Source: an uncultured Bacilli bacterium | GTDB taxonomy: Bacteria > Bacillota_I > Bacilli_A > RF39 > UBA660 | Reading direction: 5' to 3' | DNA: 64,000 bases | Assembly: GCA_944355355.1 (NCBI GenBank) | Contig: CALVQE010000001.1 | Span: 3,175-67,174, forward strand | Shown here: positions 47,676 through 58,100 of the stretch, piece by piece | How the letters are laid out: every line of letters begins with the position of its first letter | Position numbering within the stretch: position 1 is the stretch's first letter | Made by a program: the position numbers and the translations under genes | The notes under the pieces: model-generated | What the model was told of the DNA's origin: nothing | Seen by the model: only the letters and a program-made list of their open reading frames with translations | Database searches by the model: none

Positions 47676-47990
47676 TCACTTGTAAATATACTTTGCAATT
47701 TTCCTAGGTAAAATATCCTTAAAGTTGACATATTTCTGTAAAAAACCATAAAAAAGAAATCCTAAAAAAACAAAGAAAACAAAATAAATATGAATAACCC
47801 CACTATTTAAATAATACATACCCAAAAGATACATTAAAACAATATTTAAAACAAATAACAAAGTCGTAAAATATTTTAAAAACATAGGATAAGTCTCTGT
47901 CACTTTAAAGTGAAACCGAGTCAGAAAATGAAAACAAAAACCAAAAAGAAAAGAAATAAAAAAAGATAACAACTGCGTAACTTCATCCAT
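47676..47990 (-). CDS. yabQ: spore cortex biosynthesis protein YabQ
   Basis: 104-aa polytopic membrane protein directly after yabP. Confidence 0.6.
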   Translation of the reverse strand: MDEVTQLLSFFISFLFGFCFHFLTRFHFKVTETYPMFLKYFTTLLFVLNIVLMYLLGMYYLNSGVIHIYFVFFVFLGFLFYGFLQKYVNFKDILPRKIAKYIYK

Positions 47991-48292
47991 TATTTAAACA
48001 ATTTGGCCATAAAGCTTTCCTCTTTAGCTTTCGTGCCGCCCTTTTCTAAATATTGATAACTATTAATTTTCCCTTTGATTCGTACGTTTCCATCATGAGT
48101 ATCCAATCTTAAAATCTCAAGCCCACTTCCCTTTAAAAGTAAAATACCCATAGTTGTTTCAAGTAAAAATTCCTCATGATCAAAACTTGTAATCTTCTTT
48201 ACTCCACTAATATAAATTTCTCTGCGATCAACAATCTTAACTTCATGATTACTTTGAACTAATTCAATATTTGCTTGTTCCATGTCTTTCAC
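47990..48292 (-). CDS. yabP: sporulation protein YabP
   Basis: 100 aa with the YabP-like sequence HEVKIVDRREIYISGVKKITSFDHEEFLLET. Confidence 0.75.
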   Translation of the reverse strand: MKDMEQANIELVQSNHEVKIVDRREIYISGVKKITSFDHEEFLLETTMGILLLKGSGLEILRLDTHDGNVRIKGKINSYQYLEKGGTKAKEESFMAKLFK

Positions 48293-48340
48293 CCATTAAA
48301 GTATATGAAAAAAGCAAAAAAAAAGAACAAAACTACTGTC

Positions 48341-48601
48341 CTATTCTTCTTCTTTATTATATTCATCTAAAATAGCATTAGTGAATTCGCTACGAACATC
48401 TGGATTAATTGGATGACAAACATCTTTATATTCTCCAGTAGCTGTTTTTCTACTTGGCATAGCAATAAATAAACCATTATCACCTTCAATAATGCGAATG
48501 TCATGAATAGCAAATGAATCGTCTAACAAAACAGATGCAATTCCTCTCAATCTTGAATTTTCTTTCGTAATTTTACGAACACTTACTGATGTAATCTTCA
48601 T
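48341..48601 (-). CDS. spoVG: septation protein SpoVG
   Basis: MKITSVSVRKI...ASVLLDDSFAIHDIRIIEGDNGLFIAMPSRK is canonical SpoVG. Confidence 0.92.
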   Translation of the reverse strand: MKITSVSVRKITKENSRLRGIASVLLDDSFAIHDIRIIEGDNGLFIAMPSRKTATGEYKDVCHPINPDVRSEFTNAILDEYNKEEE

Positions 48602-48676
48602 ACTATTCTCTCCTTCTAAAGTTATATCTAACTTATATCTCTATTGTAATGCATGAAAACCCGAAATTCAAGCATT

Positions 48677-48889
48677 TTACGACAATTTGACAACAACATC
48701 TCCAATGATCACGTCAGCATAATTAAAACTTTTTTCAACACCATCGACTAAAACCGTAAAAACATATGGATAAACCCCAGAAACACGCCCATAATATTGA
48801 AAATTTTTATTGCGCATTCCATAAACTTCTACTACCACATCTTTATTTAAAAACTTTCCTATTCGTTCCCTTACTATATCTAAATTCAC
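48677..48889 (-). CDS. veg: Veg protein
   Basis: 70 aa with Veg-like sequence (YPYVFTVLVDG...FNYADVIIGDV) and the conserved position next to yabG. Confidence 0.8.
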   Translation of the reverse strand: MNLDIVRERIGKFLNKDVVVEVYGMRNKNFQYYGRVSGVYPYVFTVLVDGVEKSFNYADVIIGDVVVKLS

Positions 48890-48907
48890 AATGTCACACC
48901 CTTTCTT

Positions 48908-49687
48908 TTATCTTGGAAATCCAACATACATCATCCCATTACTAATAATACCTCCCATTCCATCCGCACCATATTTTGTTTTAGCCAAAAGCCCTACCAA
49001 ATCAATTTCCTTATTTCGTTCACTCATAGCCAAAACAGTTGCAATAATCGCTGGATCAAGCGCGTGAATATTAACCCGCTTAGGTGAACTAGCAAAATTA
49101 GCCCCCGCTCGAATAAGCTCTTCATAATCGCTTTGACAAGCCCCGGCAATAATAACTAACTTCTCATGACTCTTCTCATATTTTCGTGCTTCTCTAACTG
49201 CTTTCACAAAATTTTCTGTATTTTTATAATTCTTAATATCGTTTTTACTTCCCTTTTTTTGATAATATGCATCATGCCCAGTAATAATCACAATATCAGG
49301 CTGATACTCCATAAGTAATGAGCGAATTTCCTTATAAATATCTTTTTCATTAATTTGTTTGCCCACAGCCATAACTTTATTTCGTTTATAAAACTTTAAA
49401 CATCTATCCAAATACTCTTTATCCGCATCAATATGCAAAACCTTACCAGGCAAATAAAAATAATCGCCACGATTCCCTAAAAAGAGTTCAATATCATCAT
49501 CTTCTAAATTTCTCTCATCATTTTTATATAACTGCAAATCTTCCAAAGGAGCGTCCGCATAAAGCCTTACATGTACCCCTTTTAAATAAGCAGTCTCATT
49601 TTTAATAGATAAAATTTTAAACACCACATCATGATTATATTTAATTCGCGTTACAAGATCTCCTACCTGAAAAATCATTGCCGTCAC
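48908..49687 (-). CDS. yabG: sporulation-specific peptidase YabG
   Basis: 259 aa with a YabG-like N-terminus (GDLVTRIKYNHDVVFKI) and synteny with ksgA and veg. Confidence 0.75.
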   Translation of the reverse strand: MTAMIFQVGDLVTRIKYNHDVVFKILSIKNETAYLKGVHVRLYADAPLEDLQLYKNDERNLEDDDIELFLGNRGDYFYLPGKVLHIDADKEYLDRCLKFYKRNKVMAVGKQINEKDIYKEIRSLLMEYQPDIVIITGHDAYYQKKGSKNDIKNYKNTENFVKAVREARKYEKSHEKLVIIAGACQSDYEELIRAGANFASSPKRVNIHALDPAIIATVLAMSERNKEIDLVGLLAKTKYGADGMGGIISNGMMYVGFPR

Positions 49688-49716
49688 CTAGTAAATCCTA
49701 TGAAAAAAAGCTAGTC

Positions 49717-50499
49717 CTAAGAACTAACTTTTTTAAAAATCTCCCAAAAAACCTCATAAGACAACTCTTCAGCTCGAACATTCTCATCAAATCCATTTTT
49801 TTCTAAAATAGATAACACACTATTCCAAGAATATCCTTTCAAATTATTCTTTAACTTCTTTCTCTTCTGAGCAAAAGCTTGCTTCAAAAACTTCTGAAAC
49901 AAAACTACATTTTCCTCGTTAATAGATTCCTTACGAACAAAACGTACCACAGAACTCCACACCTTAGGCTCAGGTGTAAACGCCTTAGGAGAAACATCAA
50001 ACAAAATTTGAATATCAAAAAAATGCTGCAAATAAACAGTGAAATAACCATAATCACGTCCACCAGGTAAAGCCGCAAACCTCTGAGCCACTTCTTTCTG
50101 AACCAACAAAGTCATTCCATCAATTAAAATAGAACTGTTCAAAAAATGCTCAATAATAGGTGTGGTTATATAATAAGGAATATTTGCAATTACATAAATA
50201 TGTTCATAATTCCCATTTATATCCTGTTCTATATCTCTCTTTAAAAAATCATCAAAAATAATATGACACTTCTCACTCTCAAAATAAAGTAAAAAACTTT
50301 TCATTCGCTCATCAAGTTCATAACATAAAAACGAACAATTTTTACGAATCAAATATTTTGTTAAAGCTCCTTTTCCTGGACCAACCTCAATAATCAAATC
50401 ACGTTCGCTAACCTCAAAACTATTTGCAATCCTCTCCAAAATATGTTCATCTTTCAAAAAATTTTGCCCTAAACTTTTTTTTGCTCTAATTTCACTCAT
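49717..50499 (-). CDS. rsmA: 16S rRNA (adenine1518/1519-N6)-dimethyltransferase
   Basis: KKSLGQNFL opening, the SAM motif EVGPGKGALT and NIPYYITTPI. Confidence 0.92.
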   Translation of the reverse strand: MSEIRAKKSLGQNFLKDEHILERIANSFEVSERDLIIEVGPGKGALTKYLIRKNCSFLCYELDERMKSFLLYFESEKCHIIFDDFLKRDIEQDINGNYEHIYVIANIPYYITTPIIEHFLNSSILIDGMTLLVQKEVAQRFAALPGGRDYGYFTVYLQHFFDIQILFDVSPKAFTPEPKVWSSVVRFVRKESINEENVVLFQKFLKQAFAQKRKKLKNNLKGYSWNSVLSILEKNGFDENVRAEELSYEVFWEIFKKVSS

Positions 50500-50552
50500 A
50501 AATAACCGTCCTTAAAAGTACTATAACACAGACAAAGAAAGAAAAAAAGACT

Positions 50553-51104
50553 CTAACGAGTCCATCCCTCTCTTAAAACATCATAACTGATCGTGTTGCG
50601 ACCAACATAGGTCAAAGCATCTTGCTCACTAGGCATTAATAAATCCAAATCATTTCCTAAAACACCACGATCTAACACAATCGCAATAATAGGTTCATTA
50701 GACAATTTAGACAATTTAAAGCGCACAATTGAACCACAAGGCAAATTAGAACCAGAAGCAACTATTCGTACATTACCATAAATATCATCCGTATAAGTAG
50801 AAGTTCCATCTAAAACATTATAATTTGGCATACAAGATAACTTTCCAGTACATGCCTCACAATCTGCTCCATAGCCAGTTAAATCACCCGTATAAGAATC
50901 TTTAGCACTATACAAATCATTTCTAATATCTTCCTCTAACTTCATAGCCATCGTCGTTAAATTAATAACACGATTGCTTGCATCACTAGAAACAGTAGCC
51001 ATTTCTTTATTTGTACTAAGATTAGCTAAAAAAACTACAAAAACTAAAATTCCTAACTGTAAAACCACTTTTATTCTTCTTGTGATTTTATTCATACATA
51101 TCAC
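50553..51104 (-). CDS. secreted 3D-domain (RlpA/MltA-like) protein, YabE-position
   Basis: Signal/TM segment. The C-terminal AIVLDRGVLGNDLDLLM is typical of the 3D domain. Confidence 0.55.
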   Translation of the reverse strand: MICMNKITRRIKVVLQLGILVFVVFLANLSTNKEMATVSSDASNRVINLTTMAMKLEEDIRNDLYSAKDSYTGDLTGYGADCEACTGKLSCMPNYNVLDGTSTYTDDIYGNVRIVASGSNLPCGSIVRFKLSKLSNEPIIAIVLDRGVLGNDLDLLMPSEQDALTYVGRNTISYDVLREGWTR

Positions 51105-51153
51105 CTATCAACTAACCACATCATATCATAAAATACCCGCTTTGTAAACTTTC

Positions 51154-51468
51154 CTAATCTTCTTTTAAATCCTCGATTTTTTTATCAGAAGCATTATCCA
51201 AGCTACGAACGAGCTCATTTAATTTGGCTTTAAATTCCTTTTCTTCATCATCAACAAACCCCATATAATAAATTTTATCAATTTGATCATGATTAAACAA
51301 ACACGTTTGATCACTACTTAAATATCCTTCTGGATAAACACAACCATTATAATCATAAATAACATCATTCTTATTGCTATCCACTGAACAAAATCCCGTA
51401 ATCATCACTCTTTTACTTCCCCCTTTTAATAAAACAACCGTCCCAATTGGCAAATACTTTTCTTGCAT
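51154..51468 (-). CDS. DUF4176 family protein (T7SSb-associated)
   Basis: MQEKYLPIGTVVLLKGGSKRVMITGF...YDYNGCVYPEG matches my recall of the DUF4176 consensus. Confidence 0.7.
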   Translation of the reverse strand: MQEKYLPIGTVVLLKGGSKRVMITGFCSVDSNKNDVIYDYNGCVYPEGYLSSDQTCLFNHDQIDKIYYMGFVDDEEKEFKAKLNELVRSLDNASDKKIEDLKED

Positions 51469-51472
51469 TCTT

Positions 51473-52099
51473 TCACCCTCTATTCCTCTCTTTTTCTTCC
51501 CCTTTGAATATATTTGGAATCATATTATAAGTAAGATACGAAGTAGCTATCTTCAACTCCTTTTGATTAGCATCTTCTAACACCTGAAAAACTTGATCAC
51601 GAATTTTTCGAATAGAATTTAATTGTTCCAACGTTTGACACTCCGTTTGCTTAAATGCAAACTCAAACACCAAACTTTGTGACAAAGCCTTTGTTTCATC
51701 ACAAGGAATTCCAAAAAAACTAACATCCCCTTTTTCAAAAACAACCTTTTTAAAAGTTCTCTCATAAAAAGATACGGGTATACTCTCGCGAGTAAACAAA
51801 TCCATAATGTCGTCAATATCCAAATTTTCAACATGAAAATTATTTCTTAAATAAATATAATCACTTCCTAAAGCAGAAAACTTATGATAAAAATTACTCC
51901 CTAAATCATCCACTTTAGGGATAAAAACCCCCTGCTTTTCAATAAAAGAATCAATCTGTCCAAAAGGAATAAAGCGACTCAAAAAACGTTCAAAACCCTG
52001 TTTATACAAAGCCATACACTTTAAAAAGTCAGACTCATTAGCAAATTTCTCTTGAACTAACTGCATATCAAAACTTAACGGATAAAAACGATACCCCAT
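51473..52099 (-). CDS. hypothetical protein, candidate immunity protein for the upstream toxin
   Basis: 208-aa cytoplasmic ORF directly downstream of the giant toxin-like gene. The call is positional only. Confidence 0.35.
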   Translation of the reverse strand: MGYRFYPLSFDMQLVQEKFANESDFLKCMALYKQGFERFLSRFIPFGQIDSFIEKQGVFIPKVDDLGSNFYHKFSALGSDYIYLRNNFHVENLDIDDIMDLFTRESIPVSFYERTFKKVVFEKGDVSFFGIPCDETKALSQSLVFEFAFKQTECQTLEQLNSIRKIRDQVFQVLEDANQKELKIATSYLTYNMIPNIFKGEEKERNRG

Positions 52100-52150
52100 A
52101 AAAACCTCACCTTCATATAACCTAAGAATATCATAAATTTACAAAAACAT

Positions 52151-55100
52151 CTAGTCCGTCTCATAAAACATCAGCGAAAGAATCCTAGCATAAGAATACT
52201 TATCTTTATATTCTTGAAGACTATCGAAAAGAAATTCATATTTTTCACTCCAAGAAGAAACAATAAGTTCCAAATTTTCACTAATATCTGTAATTAACAT
52301 AGCATGTCCACCAACATCTTTAGAGATTTGGCCATCAACAGTCGAACCACTTAAAGCCTTATCTTTATTATGAGTCACATTAGAATCAATCAAGATCTGT
52401 TTCAAATCAAAATGACTACTCCATAAAATCGAAAAATAATTAGAAAAATCTAAAATTGTACTCAAAGTTTCCATTTTACTATTAACAGAATTGTTAAGAT
52501 ACTGAGCAATTATATTTCTTTCTTCAAAATAATCAATTATTTTGGCTTGAAAATCAACAATAGCAATTCCAGAAGAAGTCTCATTGTCTAAAATATCATT
52601 TATATGATCATACTCCTTAGAGTAATAATTCAAAAACATATCAAAGGCAATAGCTTCTAAATTATAAACTTTTTGTTCACCGTCCATATAAAACAAATCA
52701 AAACCTATTTTCTTTTTAAAAGAAATGCCTCCATCATTTTTATTTTCCATATAAACTGCAAAGGCATTTGCCACAGCCATCCAACAACAACCACCAGATG
52801 CATAAAAATCAGCTAAATTAACCTTTTGTAAATCCGTTGCCTCAGGAAAATACTTTTCGATCAAGGAATTAAGTAACTGAGCCTTTTGCTGTTCAATCAT
52901 AGGCAAAGCCCTTTGACCAACATAATCCTCAACCAACTGAGCCACATCACTTTGATTTCCACCATATTTTGATCCAAAAACATTTGTAATATGATCAATA
53001 CTCGGAAAAATATCTTTAATCATATCTAAAGAGACTTCTTCAACTCGAACATTAGAAATTCCAACAAGCTGATTTTTTTCAATATATTGATCAACATTCA
53101 AAATATTTCTTCCTTTTTTATTGATAGTTGCTAAATAACGAGCATAAGTTTTTCCATCAATATCATATTTTAAAAGATATACACCAGGATGATCAACTTC
53201 TTGACTATAAGAAGGTAAAGGTATAACTTGTTTAATTTGAATGTTTGAAACATCTTTAAATTTATAATCAGCCATAGAACTTAAATCTAAATCTCTAGCT
53301 AAATTATAATAAATCATACGATATTCTTGACCATCTAGCAAAAGAACGATTTCATTTAATCCTTTGTTCACTGTTCCATCAAACACAGTTAAATTTGTTT
53401 TTCGTTCATTCAAAGTAACAGAAAGAATTTTTAAGTTATCTTTTAAAAGAGCTGTAGAGTATTGAGGAAAACGCAATATAATATAATACAAATCGATTTT
53501 GTCATTCATTACTAAAGTTGTAACAGTTTCTATCTTGCCATCTATTTCCAATGTAATATTATAGTAACCACTTGGAACAGAAACAACTCTATTAAGATTC
53601 GGAGCAAGACAATTTGAAAATTTTTCAGACAGGACAATCTCAGTCTGTTTGGTAACCTGATTAATTTGCTGCCAATATTGTTTAATTTTAGAATCCATGC
53701 CTAAATTAAGAGGAATGATATTATTTATCAACCCTTTATACTGCATATTTTGTAACAAAACATCCTCAGTATAAAACTTTTCTAAAACACTTTTTAACAA
53801 TCTCTCATACTGTGTAAAATCTAAATTGCTTTCTAAAAAGTTATCAACAGAACTATAACTAACTGAATTCATTAAATCGTAAAAATCATCTACACTCAAA
53901 CGAATTATTTTGTCAACCATAGTTTCATTAACAAGCCAAGTAGAAACAGTTCTAAAATCAAAAGAGCTTATAATCTGTTTAAATTCTTCTAAATTCATAT
54001 TTAAAACCACATCGCGCACATTCTCATTATTAAATATACAATTAAAATCTTCACCAGACAATTGACTATAAAACTCAGAGGACGTAAGCAACACATCTTT
54101 AATAGCAGTATCATCCAAACTAAACAATTTTTGAAGAAAAGTATCTTGAGTTAACCACGAAGATAACCCCTTTTCTGAAAACGCTTTAATAATTTTCTGA
54201 AAATCTTGTACATCTAAATCCATAATAGATTGTTTTACGATTTCATCACTAAATAAGCGATCAAAGTCTTCAAAAGACAATTTTGATAAAGGATCCGCAA
54301 AAATTTGAGGAGCTTGTTTTAATTTACAATAAAGTTCACTTACTTTTTTAGTACCAATAAGCTCACTCAAGATAATTGGATCGTATGTTAAATGTAAAAT
54401 ATAGTTGATATCTGTAAATTGATCAAGTTTTCCACTATCACGTACTGCTCGCGCAAAAGCCCTTTTGTATTCCTCAATAGTAGAAAATCCATCTGGAACA
54501 TTTTTATCAGTCAAACTACGAATATAATACATATATTCATTAAAATCACCCAAGTTATCAGGCACATCATTCAAATCAATATTTGGCAATGTTGTTTTTG
54601 CCTCAAAAGAAGCCACACTACTTTCAATTAGATTTTTTAGTTGTATCAATCGTTGATAAGCCTCGCTTAACTCAGACGGAACTTGAACTGTTTTTCCAGC
54701 ATCATGCTGTTCTAACAACCGCGGTAATCGACTATCTGAATCAATTAGTTGATTAAACTCTTCTATTAGTGCACTATGAGACTTATCTGTTACTAAATCT
54801 TCAACATCTGTCAATTTTTGTTGAATTTTGCTTAATAAATTTTCAAAAGGTAAATGATCAGCTGTAAACAATTCAGATAAATTGCCCTGTGAAGAATTAA
54901 CATAACCTCTAACATATTCAGGTTTCAAATAAAGTTGACCGTCCACCTCATGAACAAGTGCATCTAGATTATTCAAAAGCTTTTTAGGAATCTGAACAAT
55001 CACGGCTCCTCCTTCTCCATGAGCTTTATAAGTTGAAGTCGCACACAAATTTCGCAAAAAGAACAAAAAATTAAACTTTGAAGGATCAGTTTCCAAAACA

Positions 55101-58100
55101 ATATTATCCGTCAAATTTCCCGTAACACCAGTTTCAGTATTACCAGACAAAATAACGCCATTTCTTAAAGCTGCATCCCCCATTATATTACGACCATTAC
55201 TATCAAATAAAGTCTCACCTAAAGCATGGAAACCTATAACCGTATCCTCATCAAAATACCACTGTTCTAGTTGAGTTCCCAATTTTTCAGAAACAAACCC
55301 CGTTTCCAAATACTCTTCAGCAAAAGGCCGAATTGCCTCATCAATATCCGATATATCCATAGTATACCTTTTTGTAGTCGAAAGATTAAGAGAATCTATA
55401 GATGGTAAATAAAGCTTTTGTAAAAAATTTAATTTAGAAAACACTTCTTCAGAAACATTTATACCTTTAGAAACCAACTCATCGACCAATCTTTGAGCCG
55501 CCTTAACATATTCTTGAGGCGAAAATCCTTTTCCAAAAAGATCAACATTTTGATCAATATTTCCTAATTTATTAAATGCTTGATCAACATTATTAATAAG
55601 CTTTTCCAAAACATCAACAGAATATGCCTTGCCATCAACCATAATTGTATCAATTCCAAGCAATTCTTGATAAGAAGGAGAAAGAGAATCCAACGTATTC
55701 AAGTCAGATAAATTTCCTTCATTCGAATTAACATACCCCATAACATATTCTGGCTTTAAAATAGCTTGACCATCCTTATAATAAACAAGCGCATCCATAT
55801 TTCCTTCAAGTTCTTTTGGAATACATATAATAGCCGCAGAACCTTCACCATCCGCCTTATAATAAGACGAAGTAAACAAATCATTTAAAAATAAGGCAAA
55901 CGAATATTTCTTATTTTTATTTGTATAAAAGCGAATATTATCACTAAGATCACCTGTAAATCTTGTCTCGCTATTTCCCGTCAAAATAAGACCATTTTGC
56001 AAAATCTTATCTCCTCTAATATTTCTTCCATTACTATCCACTACTAAACTTCCCAAATTATGTACGCCAACAATATAATTATCATCGAAAAAAACTTTTT
56101 CTAACTGCTTACCTAAAGTAGATGATAAACTTCCTCTTGTCATAACCTCTTGAGCAAAATCCTTCAAATTTCCCTTCAACCCAAAAGTATTAAAATGATA
56201 TAAATCATTATCACGATGAAACGCCTTAGTTTTCAATTGTCCAAAGAAATTTACAACATCATCACGCATGCTCACCAAAGATTCAAAAATAGATATTACA
56301 TTGGATTTAAGAGTCTCTCCAACTTGAACACTATGCATCTTATCAACAAGACCTGACACATAACTAGAAACACCATCGAACGAATTTTTAATTTGCTCCA
56401 TAAACACATTTTGCACTTCTCCTGTAGTAGCCATCGTTCCTGGATGTAGTATACTAAACTCAAGTTTTCGTAATCGTAAATAACTATCCATCGATTCCTG
56501 CGGTATATTAACTGTTTCTCCATTATTAGCTTTCCTGATAAGTTCAGCTAAACGACCATCGGAATCTAAAAGATTATTATACTCGTCCACCAAAGCTTTA
56601 ATCGGTTCATTTATTTTTCCTTCAATAGCTTTATTCAGTAAATCAAAAATACGTTTTCCCTCTAATTGTTCATAAGTTGGACCAAGTTGATCAATAGATG
56701 AAACTTTTTCTTGATAATCGTGAATAACTGATGTAATACGCCCTCCTAAATCATTAAGATTTGATGAAATAACATTTTTAGCTCCAACAGCAACTTTAGC
56801 AGCTGTCATTATTACATCACCATTATGAATAATGTCCAATAAATTTTCAACATTACGAATAATATTGCCCCCTTCACGAGCCATGGCAACTAAATTCTTT
56901 TCTAAAGTAACAATTCGCCTTCCTAAAAAATCCGTAGAAATATCAGTATGATAGCTATTATAAGTTTCTTCTGGAATTTCTTTATAAACTAATTTACCAT
57001 TGTCGTTCATCAATCCCAAATAAACAAGACTTGCTTTGGCAGAATCAAAAACATAATCTCCCATTGCCGCTACAGCATGATCAGCCAAAGACCGATAACG
57101 AAAATGATCCAAATCAGCTTCATCAATATCAAACTTAACTGCTACAGTCTTTTCTAAAAAAGAAGGAATATTCACAGCAACATTTTCAAAATTAGGAAAT
57201 CCAGCAAAAAAGAATGACTTTTTACTTCCATAACTACTAAGAACATTAGAAGCTTTAACATAACCAGACTCTAAAATTTTCTGAGCATTTTCTAAACTTG
57301 TAATATGATAAATACCATCTTCTAATATAGTTTTACTCACTTCTACATTATTTTTAACAGGAGTATAAACTAACTTAGATAACACTCCAAAAGGACTATA
57401 AAACATGCCAATAAACGTCTTAGGAAGACTAATTCTCGAATGCAATATTTCCTTAACATTTGTATTTACATCCTCAAAAAAAGCATCAAAAGTACTACCA
57501 ATACTATCCTCTGGCACAACATCTACTTGCAACAAATTAGCCACAGTTTCTTTTGTAGTATCAAGCAAAGTCGTTACTTGCTCAAACTCATTAACTTTAG
57601 AATCAATTACAGAATCTACTGTATCTAAAACTACATCTTTCACAGAATTTTGAACATCAGATCTAAAATTCATATAATTATCAAAACCAGAGCCAGTTAT
57701 ATCAGCAACATTAATAAATACATTTTGAATACCATTTACTACTTTTCCTCCAGTACTAAGCGTACTATTCCATATCCTCGTTCGAAAATCACTTATTTGA
57801 TTATTTACAGAAGATATAGTATCAAGAGCTTTAACTGCATTTGTCTTAGTATTTTGCCACATCTTCCCCTTAAACTCACTCAATCCTTCATTTAAAGAAA
57901 CAACGCCAGAAGCTATCTTGGCTCCAGTTTCACCTAAAGAATTCAATACATCTGTACCAAAGTTTTTTAATTTATCTTTAAAAGATATCTCCTCTACAAC
58001 CTCAATAGGTGTATAAATATTCTCTGCATGACCGTTATTTTCGACATTCGTAAGATAATCCAAAACAACTTGCTCTTGACTAGCTTCATCACAATTATTT

